From assembly GCA_021613535.1 (NCBI GenBank), contig CP075496.1, forward strand, positions 6,510,001 to 6,574,000: DNA of 64,000 nucleotides, written 5' to 3'. This DNA comes from Adineta vaga. Its lineage: Eukaryota > Animalia > Rotifera. Both the position numbers and the translations under genes were made by a program. A model generated the notes under the pieces. That model made no database searches, was not told the origin of the DNA, and saw only the letters and a program-made list of their open reading frames with translations. Positions 25,613 to 40,460 of the stretch are shown piece after piece; the stretch's first letter is position 1; each line of letters opens with the position of its first letter.

Positions 25613-26766
25613 ATGTCATTTATTGAAGGGATTGGTGATGATTTTCTTTATGCATTTGGATTCTTAGTTTTTATCAGTATTGTTATTCTTGCTTGGTTTT
25701 CAACACATGTTAATTATATTCATTTTCCAGCGACATTATTCATCATTGAACGACGTTCACGAACAAGAAATGGTAATTTTAAATATATTGAATTGTAATA
25801 AATTTCATTTGAAAATTTTCAGACGAAGAAGAATCCGAAAGAGCAAGTTCAACTTCACCATCGAGATTAACTCCACCAAATGATCAAACTATATCCCCAT
25901 CATCTGGCAATGATACACAAACAGAACATGAATCAGACAATGAGTAAAATTTCTATATAATTTCTATATCTATATCATTGTTTGAGTATATTTAGATCCA
26001 GTGAAACAGAAGAGTTTATTTGTGAACAGAGATCCACAGAAAATCAATCGATTAATCCAACCATATCAGAACAATCATGTAGTAATACAAATTCAATTGA
26101 AGAAAGCAATCATCAACAAACAACATCGGATGAACAAGAAAATCAATCATTAAAAATTATTATTAAATTTCTTAATGAAACACGAAAAGAAATATCAGCA
26201 AATCCAAATGATACAATATCAAAAATAAAACAGTAAGATATTTTCATGAAATTAATTCGATTGAAGATTTAATTAATCCTTATTTTAGATTATATTTTGC
26301 CGATGAATTAACCAACAATAAAATGATTCGTTTCATTTATCAAGGTCGAGAATTACAAGATCGTGAGACTCTTCGTACGTATAATATTCGTGATCAAACC
26401 GTTATACATTGTCAAATAAGCACTCGACGTCCGGATTCATCAAATCAAAGATCGAATGGTACATCATCTGGATCACATATGAATACAAATCGATTCGATA
26501 CATCTGCATTTATTGATGCACCACCAGTGAATGTTTCATCACATTTCGTTCTTATATTGACCGTAATTCTTGGTCTCGTTTGGTATTTACGTATTAATTA
26601 TCGAATGTTATTTTCACCTATTTCGACTGTTATCCTTATTTTGATTACAGTTATATTTCTCATATTTACATTAGGCTCTTTACTTACAAGACGTCAACAA
26701 GTATCCAATACTAGACAAACATCGATTACAGTAACACCACCAATTCAACATGTTCATTCTGATTGA
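25613..26766 (+). CDS. TMUB: Transmembrane and ubiquitin-like domain-containing protein (TMUB1/2 family)
   Basis: N-terminal FIEGIGDD..ILAWFSTHV, UBL IKFLNET..IRFIYQGRELQD..TLRTYNIRDQTVIHCQI, two C-terminal TM segments. Confidence 0.9.
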
Positions 26767-27183
26767 ATGTTTCAAATTTCTTTCAGCCTTTTCTTTTGTT
26801 GTTGATACAATCTACCTATATATATAAATATTTTTCTTTCGTATGTCTATATGTTCGTTTGAACAGTTTTGATTTGTAATCTATGTCTTTTAGTTTGTTT
26901 TTTTTTCCTCTCGAATTATTTAAATAGCATAACGATCTGTCAATATCAATATGTTTTGCCGTTTATTTTCGAAAAAAACCTTACTTTTAAAACCATCAAT
27001 GGTCTCATAGTCGGTTTCAATGAAATAAAGTGCTTTTCTCCGATTTAGAAGTTGATTAAGCAAGACGGCAGGGGATTGGAAGTAGGATAAAAATACTTAC
27101 TATTTATAAAAAATGTTAAGAATGTGTTTTTATTTTCTATATTTGGTATCATACCGATATATTTTTTCATATTTTATATTTAG

Positions 27184-28294
27184 ATGTCTTACTATTCCAA
27201 TACAGATCCTTGTGTTGAACTTCGTAATGTTCTTCATCGATCACTTCTATCACTTGGTTGTCCACATGTACCAAGTTTACCGACGTCAACATTTTTAATG
27301 ACAACTAATAGCAATCTTAAAGTTGTTGTTTGGTTACTTGGTGAAGTTGATTCAGATCTTGCTCATCGTCTTCATGCCACACGTTCAACAAATTCCATTG
27401 CCTTTATAAAAGAATTCTTTCTTGAAATTGCGATGTTTCCACGTTCATTTATTTTACGTCTTGATGACATTTTCAATTCGTCATCCTTAGTCGACCTTCA
27501 TCAATTATCAAATATTTTATCATACTATGTACATAAACCAATTCCAGGTCATAATGTTCAATTAGGTTTAATCGAATATCTTAGTGAATTAGTTGTATGC
27601 TTACGAAATCCACCAATGACAATTCATCATGATATGTGGGGAAATCGTGAAGTTTTAAATATGTTTGAACAATTACCCATCGATGATACTAATCTTGCCA
27701 TTGATTCTCGTATATTTGAATATACAGATAATGAACAACAACAACAACCATCAGGTGATGATGAACAAACAAGTGCAGATTTAAAAGATGTTTTTGGACA
27801 AGTTCGAACTGAATTATTAGCACAAACAACAACGGATATGAATGAAACAGAATTTGAAACTATATTTACAAATGAACAAATTATTGATATTGAAAAACAA
27901 TTACAACATGCTTTAGCTGATACACATCAATTTTTCAAACGTTTAGAAACGGGTTTGTTTTGCAATCGGTACTAAGATGTTTCTTACAGTTATTAATTTA
28001 GGTACACCCAATTTATCTACATCTATTGATCATCAATCAACACCTTTATTATCCAATGAAACATTGCAAAAAATCAGTTCAATTAATCATTTAAATGAAA
28101 TTTATAACCAAGTTCGTTCGAATGATAAACTATTTCTCGATAAAATTCAATATTTACTAAATGATATTGATAAAGAAAATGATAATCAATCGAAACAAAC
28201 AAATCCTTCTGCTCTTACTCTTCAATCTCAAGTCATGTTAGCACAGAATCTTGCTCATACATTAAACAATAATGATCAAATAGTAAAGAAATGA
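27184..28294 (+). CDS. Uncharacterised protein (~350 aa), helical N-terminus and coiled-coil C-terminus; weak resemblance to HAUS7
   Basis: 263-aa ORF joined through a short intron (27953-28001) to the 105-aa ORF. LLSLGCP..LKVVVWLLGEV recalls the HAUS7 N-terminus only weakly. Confidence 0.7.
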
Positions 28295-28433
28295 TATCGT
28301 TAGTTTTTTTTTCGACTATAATTAACATATAAATATTAAAAAAAAAGAAAGAGAGAAAATGTTAATAAAATATTAATAAATAAAAAAAGCACTTCCAGTC
28401 AGATTGAAATTTGACTTTGTTATTCTTTTTCGT

Positions 28434-29374
28434 TTAATAATTACAACAATAAGATGTGTTAGGTTTCTTTTTCGTATGATTCTCTAGTAATTGTTTCGTT
28501 ATATTATCAATAGGAGGTTTTTTATTTGGATTTTTGAATGTTTGATTTTGTTCTAAACGATCTATAACAGAATCAAGTAATAATTCCACGGATTCACCAA
28601 CATTAATATTATTTATAGCACTTGTTTCAATATAATCCACATTATTTTGTGAAGCAAATTCTAATGCACGAGCTTTCGTTATAATTCGTTGATTTTCTAA
28701 ATCGGATTTATTTCCAACAAGAATCATATCAACATTTTCGGAATAAGCATTTGTTTGAATTTCACCGATCCAATTTCGAACATTTATAAATGATGTTTCA
28801 TTTGTTAAATCAAATACAAGTAAAAATCCCATTGCATCACGAAAAAATGAAGAAGTTAAACTACGAAAACGTTCTTGTCCAGCTGTATCCCTACAATAAC
28901 AAAAAACAAATCTTAGTTGATTCATTATTAAAACTATATAATCGATGATTTCATGTCTAAACAGGATGTTTTTAACTATCTGATAATGAATAGCATATTT
29001 CCGGTAATCGGTTTATCATTAAATCTTAATTGGTGTCTCATTGTAATTAGATATGAAATCATAAACACGAACTTAATCGAAACCATACTTCCTCAAAGAT
29101 TAATATTTAATTATATATATATATTTACCATAATTGCAAATGAACATTGAATGATTTGTTTGTTTTATTCGATTTGTATAATAAATTCTTATCGCGAATA
29201 TCAATTCCAACAGTTGGTGCTAATTTTTCATTGAAATTACCTTCAACATATTGATTGAGTAGACTTGTCTAGGAATAAAAAATAACAGTAATTACATATC
29301 AAAATCTCATCAATTACTTTGCCAACGCCCGAATCACCAATAGCCAAAAATTTCAAATCTAAATCATTATCCAT
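28434..29374 (-). CDS. RAB27: Rab27-like small GTPase
   Basis: [80 protein letters not shown], C-terminal CCNY prenylation motif. Three coding exons. Confidence 0.92.
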
Positions 29375-31217
29375 CGCACGTGTTACCTGAATATACAACT
29401 TCAGTTGTCACTAAATAACATTTATGTATATGTATTTAATATTCATACGCTGCACATGTATAAAGCAAAAGAAAAAGCGAAAGAAATGACGTCAATATGT
29501 GACACAAAACTTTATATTTTTCTCTCTTCGTCGTTTCTTTTTTCTGTTATTTTTTCATGGTAGAAACTTGTTCACACATGTGTGTTGATAAATTGCTTTT
29601 TGTTGATATTCTTCTGTCGTTCTAGATGATTGATGAATCGAGAGAAACTTTTGCAGCAAAAAAAAAGAAAATTTATCGGATCAAGAATCATTAAATGATA
29701 ATAATTATGTTTTACAAACGATAGAAAAAAATTCATCAATTATTAACGATAAAAAAGATTGAAATAATTGCGTCACTAGTAACAAAGTAATATCCTATTA
29801 AAAGATGAATAAAAATGCAACCAGAATTTTAGTCATATAGATGGACATTTTGGCTTAAACTGACCTTGAAATATATACAGATCTACAAAAACGAAATGGT
29901 TATTCGCAGATATTAAGAATGAAACTATATATGAATTAGAATATTCCAGGTAAAATCGTTAACCACTTTGGAAGGATAAAGAAAATATTCGAGATTATTC
30001 CATTGATCTTATCAAATAATGAAGTTATAAAATATCAAAACGTATCTCATTTCAAAGAATCCCTATTGAAAATGTAGTGTAGCGTATTTAATGAATAGGA
30101 TTGTACTCAAAAGATCTCTTTATTCTATAGCTGAAGAAAACATTCAGTTATAGAATAGATTCTCCTAAGCACAAAATATCGAGATCCTATGTAATGCCCT
30201 TCATGCGTCATTATTTATGAAGGTCATGAGTCATATTTTTTTTGTTCATATTACCAAAAAAAACTGATTTTTATTGATGATTTGATTAATAGAAATGATC
30301 TTGATATTCACATGTGAAGATATTTGATAGTTTATATTTTATTCGCTTGGGGCATACATTAGGAAAGAACTCTCTTGATCATTTATATAAACAAATCATT
30401 GCTTTTATTATCGAAAAAAATATGAAATTAATAAAGATCATGTCTTTTTCCAATAAAAAACTAACATATACAAATTATTTCCAGTAGTGAAATTTGTACT
30501 TATTGGCGTTCAAAAGAAAAAACAAATCTTGCTTCGATCAAAAAGCGCATTAATAATAATGATGTTGTTGTTGGTAATCGAGTTCAATCACATGATATTC
30601 CTCATATTATAGTACAAGTTTGGAATTGCAATCGAAGTGGAAAAGCACAATGAACTATAGATGACAAAAAATCCTTGAAATTATTTCCTGATTTGATGTT
30701 TTTCATGAAATTTTATACAGCCGATTGTTTACATATTAATTTTGCAGTTAAAACGTCGACTGAAAAAGGCAAACTTTGTTCTGTACATTTTTGTTTGTTA
30801 ACTGATTGTTTTATCAGTTAGAAATGCATATGTAGCTGTTTTCTTCTTTCTCTTATCAATTAAATGCAAATTTCGATATCATAGATCGTCTATTTATTAC
30901 AATAATTCAATCTTATCGAAAGTCCAATGAAAGAAGAAAGGACTAGATCAACGCACACGCGTTCAATTACATCCGGAATAAGTAGAGAAGGAAGAATAGC
31001 ATAGATAAAATAAAGATTTTGTCAAATCATCGCACACACACACACACAAATGCATATATATGATATTGCTTCCAATCAACCGCTATGTTCCGTCATTTCT
31101 TGTTCGAATGCTAATCTGAACAGTGATTATTGACTTGCAACGATCGTTTTTTCTTTGTTTCTTGTCGTATATAAAATACTATAAATGCACGATTGTCAAT
31201 CATTATCACTTGTTGAA

Positions 31218-31275
31218 ATGAGTAATGCAAGTTTTAGCAATAATACAGCTGCTCTTGAAACAACATCATCAACAA
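31218..31275 (+). CDS. Candidate alternative first coding exon of the SLC4A11-like gene
   Basis: aaATG opens MSNASFSNNTAALETTSST, then a phase-1 GTAAGT donor compatible with the acceptor at ~33751. Confidence 0.55.
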
Positions 31276-32443
31276 GTAAGTCTAAATTGATAGATTTTTA
31301 TACTCAAGAGATAAAATTGCTGTGTCGGCAATTATAGAAAAAATAAACAAATAACAACATGAATATCAAGACATCTGATCTATTTGTCGCAGAGCGAATA
31401 GGACAATAAGGGAAAAGTTATGCATATTTTTTATTATCTACGTTATCGTTTATTTTAATAGAATAGAAAATAAGAAAGAAGGAACAAGAGAAAATGCATC
31501 TGATATTGATTCGAAACCCTTGACATCTATAATTTCGTCTCTAAAATTATGTATAAATATTAAATGAATTATTAAATAATTGATGAGTGTTTTATTAGGT
31601 AAAGTTTTTAATAAGTTAATATTAACTTTCTTAGAGCGAAGGAAATAAATATTCTTATAACATTCTAATAAAGTTCTTATTATAATGTTTATTATTATCA
31701 TTCGGTATAAATGGATGTCTGAATATATAGACGTGTATGTGTGTGCGTTTTTTTGTTGTTAAGCTATTTCAAAAAATAATGATGAGCACTTCAAATGAAA
31801 TATGAGAAAATTGTCACCCTTGACTTCATGATGAGATGTCAAGGAAGAAATAAAATGAGTACTTGGTATTTTATTCTAGTATAAATATAAACATGCGATA
31901 GCCATGCACTTTCAATCAACGTATGCATTATCATAGCTGACTCAAGCACGCGCAGTGCAATGACGAATTAGAGACACTTTATCTGGCAGTTGCTGTTTCT
32001 TGTGACATAAAGACTTCATCATCATCTTCATCTCCGTCGTCGTCGTCTTTGTCGCCGTTTTCTTGAGAAAATGATGAGAGATCGAGAACAAGAGAGAGAG
32101 AAAAACGATGAGAAAACGGTTGTCGTCGTTTTCTCATAAACAACTATCCATCTCTCTCTCTCTCTCTCTCTCACTCCCTCCTACAGTTCTGATTCCCTTC
32201 TTCTTTTTAGCAGTCTCCTTCACTCTTCATGTCAATTGTGTCTTTTTTTCTCGATAGTTTTGATTAGTAGTCGGGCGTGCTACTAACAACGTTTTGCAAT
32301 GGTCCTACAACTAACCCTCATCCTATCATCATCATCGTCGTTAACATCACATGAACAACATCTTATCCTAAAGAAAAAGATCTGAATACACATACAGATT
32401 GTCTCGAGATACAGAAAAATAGCAATTGATTCATTCTTTCTCA

Positions 32444-35400
32444 ATGCATCGATCTGATTCCTCTTTTCGACGTCATCCAGGTGGTGGCAGTTTACGTAGA
32501 TTTAGTTTTCGTCGAAAACCTACCCGAGAATCAGTAAATGAACCAACATCAACGTGGTCATTCAACAACGATACGCATGAATGGCAATTACTTCGAGGTA
32601 ATCTTTTTCTATTCTATCATCAATGAGAAAGAACGTTGAATTTAAGCATCGATGCGTATATTACCATTCGCATTTCATATTCTCTTAATGCATCATTCAC
32701 ACACGGTGTCTTTCCTCTCTTTTATTCATATTAAAGTTATTGTATATATCTATATACATTGAGATCCTATTCGAGTATGTTTCCGGAATATTATGGTCCC
32801 GGACAGATCTGTTAGTTCCGAGTGAGATGAGACACAAAACATACAAGAAATTTAAACAGATACCATCATGTATGTCATGCACTAACTAACAGTTAGTAGA
32901 TTAGTTAAAGCGTACGATGAATAAATAAAATAGTATGAATGTTTTCATCTTAATAAAAAGAAGTAATGAAAATTGATCTAGGTTGTTTTCTTTTTCCAGC
33001 AGAGCCGAAACCCGAGATGTTTTATATTAAAAAAGAAAGGAATAGGTATGCAATCTATATTTTCTTCCAAAGAACATATCACTACGTACATATAATTTAA
33101 GTAATGTGAACTGATTATTACCTCTTTCTCTTCATTGATGTATTCAATGATAAATATGGAAGAAAATAGTTTGGATTTAATAACTAATCGAACTGTTTCT
33201 ATTGTTAATGATTATGATTAGTTTCTTCTTATTTCAATAATCTAGAAAGTACATTAATTAACATCATTATTCTTTTCGTTACGATTAATCTTGTTATTGA
33301 GATTTATCAATCTTTCCTATTATTCATATTTCATTGATTAGTAAAAAACAGAAAAGAAATGATAATTTGATGTGAAAGGCAATAACAAGTAAAAGAAAGT
33401 AACTCTTTATGATTGTTAGTTTGTAAACGTCCTTTGGGAAAACTGACTTTCTATTATCCTTGTGCACGATTCGTCTGCAAAAATACTTGTTAAGAAAGCA
33501 ATTCTCATGTAATTTAAGGCAAATATAGAATGTTTATGTCTCGGATTTACAGTTCTAGCTAACAATTTAATTAAGTAACTTGCTTATAAAGATGTAAAGA
33601 ATCGTTGTTCTTAGAAAGTCGTCTTTAAGGAATGAATGATTGAGACATATTAAAAGTACAAATTACTCTTTTATTTTCTTTCATAAACATTTTTTTATTG
33701 AAAAAAAAAACCCAGAAATATATATCAAACTAATGAATTCTATTTTTGTAGAAGATGGTGCTCATATTCAACTGGTTTACAATAAATCTGAAGTATGTAT
33801 AGATAATAAACATGAGAGACAATTTATTTTTGTTCTTTTTATAGCATATACCTTTGAAAGATTTTGCAGCAGAAATTCGTGGTGGAAAAGATATAAAAGA
33901 ATTTATACTCAGTGCTCTCGTGCTTCTTGATGTGCAAGATACATCCATATGGGATTTAATGGAAATAATCCTTCGACGGATCAAACAAACAAGTGTTCCG
34001 AATAATGGTGGAACGTCATCAACACAAGCGACTTCTATACCAGCAGCAACTACAACAATGATAAGTAATACAGTCATAGGTAGTGGCGTTGGTGCTGGTG
34101 CTGGTGGTAGTAATAGTGGACATCGAGAAAATTTAAATATAGAAGAAATTAAACAAGCTTTATTTGTTAATGATCGAGGTAGAAAAGTCAGATCATTGTT
34201 TGTTTCTTCTTTTCTATTGTTGTTCTTTTCATTAGTTCAAATCTTAGCAAAAACTCTTCAAGCAACAACAGCTACTGAAACAAATTGGACTTATGATCAA
34301 TCATGGCTTGCAATCATGTGTACATCTCCTTCAATACTTAAACGTCATGTAGCAATTGCACGTCTGAAAAATCCATGTAATTTAGGACGAAATTGTCAAG
34401 AAGCACGTTTCATTGTCTTTATTTTATCACCAACGAAAGAAAAAGGTACAAAAAATTTCCTTGAAACAGGTCGAACATTTGCAACAATCTTTGCTGATAT
34501 TGAATTACGTGCTAAATTATTAAAAGCAACTACTCAACAAGAATTTATATCTATTATTGATGTAAGTTTGTTCATCTTTTATTTATTTTCCTATAGAAGA
34601 TTGTTTTCCTATAGAAACATACAGATAATCTAATGGAACAGCAAACGACAATAGCACGAAATTCATTACCTGATCCATTTGATGATAATACAAATAATTC
34701 CGACGTAAGAAGAAATGAAAATAAATTGAATTTGTTCTTTTATCATTGATTTTTCTTATAAAAAAGTTGTTAAAGGTTAAAACATATTATTGTCCAATAC
34801 TTTCTGATATTTGTATGGATTTATCACGCCGTTTACCACATTATTTTTCAGATTATTATGATGGTAAATTTTTCTTTTAATTCTAATGCAAAAATAAATT
34901 TCAATGGAATTATTTAGTTTTTAAAACTCATCAAGGTCCAAATAAAGTCTTATCAACATCTGTATTTCTCTATTTTGCATGTCTTTTACCAAGTATTGCA
35001 TTTGGTGTATTAAATTCTCAAGTTACAAATGATCAAATAAGTGTGTCAAAAGCTGTAGCATCTCAATGTTTAGGTGGATTATTTTTCTCAATATTTGCTG
35101 GTCAACCATTGATTGTCGTGATGACGACAGCACCGTTAACATTGTATGTAAAAGGTAATGAGAAAAGAGAGAGAAGAAAGTCTTTGCTTATAGAAATGAA
35201 TTGATATATTTTTTATAAAATAGTTATTTTTATATTGTGTACATGGTATCGGATGGATTTTCGAGATACATATGCATTAGTGGGATTATGGAATTCCTTT
35301 TTTCTTATTCTTTTCTCGTTTTTTGGTGTATCAAAAATAATGAAATGGTCAACAAGGTAAACATTTACTAATCAATATTTTTCATCATTAATAATCTGCG

Positions 35401-36964
35401 TTTTATTTATTACAAAGATCTACAGAAGAAATCTTTGCTCTTTTTGTCTCAATTGCATTTTTGGTTGATGCCAGTGCTCATGTTTATCACAGTAAATTCA
35501 TTATTGATGTTTTCCCGAAATGAAAACTAATAGGAATTATTTCTTCTATTAGATTTTGCACGAAATTATTCAACTGTAGCTTGTCAACAATATGATGAAT
35601 ATTGGAAATTACGTCAAACGAATAAAACAATCTCGGTTAATGTAACAGGAGATATTCTTGATGTGCCATGTTCGCGTGACTCAAGTTTGCTCTATATTCT
35701 TTTAACTCTTGGAACAGTATGGTTGGGTACTTTCTTATTTAAGTTTAAACAAACCCCATATTTAACATCAGCAAAACGAGAATTATTAGCAGATTATGCT
35801 TTACCGGTGGCTGTTATAATTATGTCATTAATTGGAAGTCTTTTATTTAAACAAATTAATTGTAAGTCAAATAAATTTGAATTGAATAGGACAGTTTTTA
35901 TTGATGAGCGATCATTTAGTACAATCGTTTCCTGTTGATCATGAAGATCTTTTTGTATTAGTTCGATTTAAAAATGTTACTTTCAAGCAAATTCTTGCAA
36001 CGGGTTGTCTAGGTTTTTCATTATCATTATTAATGTTTCTTGTATGTATTCTGAAGAAGAAAAAAGCTAGTACAATCTGAATTTTAAAATTCTTCTCTAG
36101 GATCAAAACATAGCCGGTGCTATTGTCAATTCGCCGGCGAATAAGTAGGAAATTTAGTTGAATTCGAAGTGCATATTTACTCAACTGATTTTCTTTAGAT
36201 TAAAAAAAGGTAAAGCATTTCATATTGATTTGTTTGTCATTGCGATACTCAATGGTTGGCTTTCTTTATTTGGATTGACATGGATGCATGGTATGTTTTC
36301 ATGTTGATGAAAAGAAATTAATTAAACTTCCGTTTGATGTTCTAGGCGCTTTACCTCTTTCGCCTTTACATGTCAAAGCACTTGCCGATACAGAAGAACG
36401 TGTGGAACAAGGTCATATACAATCCGTGTAAGTGATGAAATAAAAACGAAGAAGTCATATGATTTCTTTTCGATCGATTTAGTATTGTCAAAGTTCGAGA
36501 AACTCGTCTAACAGTATTGTTATCTCATATATTCATTGGTCTATCATTGTTTATGCGTGATATTCTCAAACAAATTCCACTGCCAGTATTAGATGGATTA
36601 TTTCTTTATTTGGCATTAACATCACTCGATGGTAATCAATTTTTTGAACGTGTTACCTTATTTTTTACGGAACAAGTAACTACTTTTCACTTGAAATGTT
36701 ATTTGCATTTCTCTTTTTCATTTCTATTAGGCTGCTTACCCACCGAATCATTATATTCGTCAAGTCCCACAACGTAAAATACATCTCTTTACTTTCTTAC
36801 AAATTCTTCAACTATTAATCTTATGTTTTCTGGGTTTTTCACCCATACTTTATACAAAATTAGTATTACCAATATGGCTTGTAGCTATGGTTGCTTTTCG
36901 ATATCGAATCCTACCAAAGATAATTGCAACAAAATACTTACGAGCATTAGATCAACGATTGTAG
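32444..36964 (+). CDS. SLC4A11: SLC4A11-like (bicarbonate transporter family) membrane protein
   Basis: IPLKDFAAEIR, ETGRTFATIFADIELR, FLYFACLLPSIAFG, AGQPLIVVMTTAPL, STRSTEEIFALF, LADYALPVAV, SPLHVKALA..EERVEQGH..VKVRETR, VLDGLFLYLALTSLDGNQFFERV, AAYPPNHYIRQVPQRKIHLFT. Stop at 36962-36964. Confidence 0.93.
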
Positions 36965-38247
36965 ATTTGCTTTATTTTTTGAAAATTATTGTTTTTCTTC
37001 ATTTATAAACAATTATTTTTGTATTAAAAAAACCAATACGAAGAAAATTATTACGATTGAGAATAAAATTATATTTGATAGGATATCCGAAAATAGTTTT
37101 CAATTTTAGTCAAGAATACCTGAAAAAACTGTATATCATTTTCTCAATATCTTATTGCATTATTGAGAGTTCAGTAAAATGAGAAAATCATACGTATTAA
37201 CAATGAAAGTAAATCACACTTTTTTTGTTAGAAGAAAATTAATATCTGTATTTGATAGTTGAAAAACCTCATTTATTCATCAAGAAGTCCTATGCAAAAG
37301 GTTGACTTCTGTGCATTGATTACTTAGTTCTATTCTCGTTTTCTTCCATATAATGAACTAAGAGATAGAATCGAGGTAATGAATATAACTCATGCAAAAA
37401 GTTTCTTTCATTCTTCTGCTTTCAATTACGACCAGTTTGTTTCGATGAATAGAAACAATAGTTCATTAATAACATTGACAGTATATTCTTATCGAACTAA
37501 ACGATTTCTTTCTTTTTTTTTATAGTTTTCTAAATTCGATTAGAGATTTCGTTACATATTTGTATGCTGAAAAATTGCAGATCGGAACATTGAATTGAAT
37601 TATAAATAATTAAATCAGAAACGAACTTTTTTCCGAGAGAAAACAAATCAATTATCGAAATGACTTTTTTTCTCATCATAGACCATGACTAAATATAGCA
37701 AAAGTCAGTTTGACATCTAATAAAGAACATATCTATAACATTAATGTTATTATATTTGTTCTGGAAAAAAATCAGTTTCTTCCTTGATTCATAGAAATTC
37801 AATAACGATCTTTCACAAGTTCGAATCGATATAATTCAATTAATAGAGAATCAACTGAGGCTTTGTACTATTTATCTGGTGTTTAAGCAGATGGAATTTG
37901 ATATAGGATATGAAAAGCAAATATATTAGTAGGAACATATAGCGATTATTTTTTCAAAACAATGCAATCGGTAGATAATAATTCCGAACGCAAAATAAAT
38001 ATCAAAATATAATAAGAAATGAAATTCAACATGAAATTAATAAATTGATTTTATTAATAAAATAAAAACATCGTTTCGAAGATACAAACAAAAATACCCA
38101 TTAAAAATCGGTTTCGTTGTTTTTTTTTAAACATATATTTCATTACTTATTACTAATAACAAGATAATCTCTACTGGAATGATATATGTCTGAAAGATAA
38201 GATGTCACAAATGATGAAATTTCGTATGTATATACAGAACTAAAAGA

Positions 38248-40093
38248 TTATTTCACAAATATTGCCGGTGGTAATTGACGATTAGGTAAAACTTCACGGT
38301 GAAGATATTCATATTGATTACGTGTTTCAGTAATCTAGAAGAAAGAGGAAAGAATAATAATGTAAAAGTTCATTAGAAATCAAAATATACTTGTTGTTGA
38401 TAGAATTTTCGTCGTTGTTCTAAATCATGTCTAACACGTTTAAGTTCATCAACTTCTTCAAGTAATGATTCAACACTAACTGCTTTGCGTTTTCGACAAT
38501 TTTGAGCTGCAATCTAAAAGAATCAAATATATATATATAGATATAGATATCGATCTATCTTTGAAATGAAAATAATTACTTTATTCTTTCCTCGACGACG
38601 AATATCTTTAATAATATGTGTTTGTTCTGGACTTAAATAATTAAGACGTGCTAAATGAAGATTATATTCTTCTGTACTTGATTGTGTTATTTCATACAAT
38701 GCCAATGGAATATTATATCGACGTAAAGTTTCTTCATCTTGTTGCCCTTGATAATTTGCACGTGTATTTAATCGACGTGTAAACATCGATGGAATTAGAT
38801 GTTCATCATGTTCAGTCTAAAGATAAGAGATATTCAAATCGCTTTATTTTCTTTTAGAAAAATACTTTTTCTAATTTTGCTTCAACTAAATTTCCATCAA
38901 ATATGAAATCACTATCACGTGTTGTCGAATCACTCTAAAATCAAACGAAAGAATAGAACATTCATCTTCTTTCAAAAGTCTATTTACTTCAAATGATGAA
39001 GATAATCTTTGTTGTCGACTACCGTTACTAATACTACTCATGGAACGTTCATCATCAAATGAAGCACGTAATAAATTCATTGATAAATCTTGTGATGGTT
39101 TATTAGATAATGGCATGCACATTAGTGGTTTTCTTTGAAGCGAATTTTCAATATGTTCATCGATAACTTGACCGGGAAGAAATGGTTCGGAGAACATCGT
39201 TTGATTCGGTGATTCGTCAAGCGATATATAATTTGAAAGCCAATTCGAAACTGGTTGTTCTTCACTATATGGAATACTTTCAAAGAATAAATCACTGTTT
39301 GTTGAAATAGATTGATTAATTGATTTCGTTGACGATTCAATATGGGATAAATATTCTTCAACCCACTTCTATCAAATACGAAAAAAACACAAAACAAACA
39401 TTCGTTATTTCATCATATTCAGTAAGAATAGATAAATAAGAAGAACTTACATGGTTTGTTATTGAAAACGATGGAGTAGTTGCGAGAGATGCTTCACCAA
39501 AGATTTTCTCACCTGAAAATACCGAAAGAAAAAAGAACAGCTAAATAAATATTGACGTGTATGACGACGATGATAACACTATGTTGATAGAGATATGATA
39601 CGAAAAAATAGCTTTTTTTTCTTCTTTTTCTCGAAAGGAATCGACTTATCTCTATCATTTAATTGTCTCTGATGAAGTGTAGTCCAGATTACGGCCTATA
39701 TTTTATGACTAACTTCGCATAACAAACTAGGTCATTATAATGAGAGGAACATCGAAAAATCTCTTAAGTCAATAAAATGAAAATAAATAACTACTTTTTT
39801 GTTTTTCTCTTTTCGACAATGTTTTCAACTTTTTAAATAAAAATGAAAATCTTCTTCTTACCAGTTTCGGGATCAATTTCATAATTAGAATCATCTTCAT
39901 CCCCCATTGTTTCATCATTTGCTAATTTCTTTCCATCAGTTATCAATTGTAATTCATGAAGGTTTTTCTTATAAAAATATCCATCGGTTGTATCATCCAA
40001 ATCGATATTACTTTCATCAGTCCAGTTCGATGGACGAATACCTAATTCATCAAAATCAACACATGATAAGTCTTGACTCTTGATAAAATCCAT
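38248..40093 (-). CDS. Cap'n'collar / Nrf-family bZIP transcription factor with ETGE motif
   Basis: CNC basic region IKDIRRRGKNKIAAQNCRKRK plus zipper; N-terminal EIDPETG|EK spans intron 1. Seven exons join in phase. Confidence 0.9.
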
Positions 40094-40460
40094 TTTAGGT
40101 ACTCAGTTTTGTTAGAATATAAATTGTAATGAAGAAAATATACGACTGGACTTTAGCTATTTCTACAAAAGAAAAAGAGAAAGAGAGAAGATTTAGTTTT
40201 TCACCAGAAAGAGAGAGAGAGAGAGAGAAAAAGAAAGAAAAAGAAAAACAAGTTACATTTTTTTCGTTCTCTGAAAAGAAGAAGCGACGAAAAAAAGGTT
40301 GAAAAAAAAACAAGATCATTCAACATGTATGCACTTTATTCGGCCTTTGAACTTAACATCGCAGAAAAATGATTTAGTTTTTCTTTCCTAATTGATATTT
40401 TGAAATCTATCTGAACTTAACAAAATTAATTGATTTTAACTTCTTCATGTCGACTAGTTG

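Noticed and set aside
23141-39700. CTGATGA motifs (23141, ~39669) as hammerhead ribozyme cores
   Set aside because: No properly spaced GAAA or supporting stems found.
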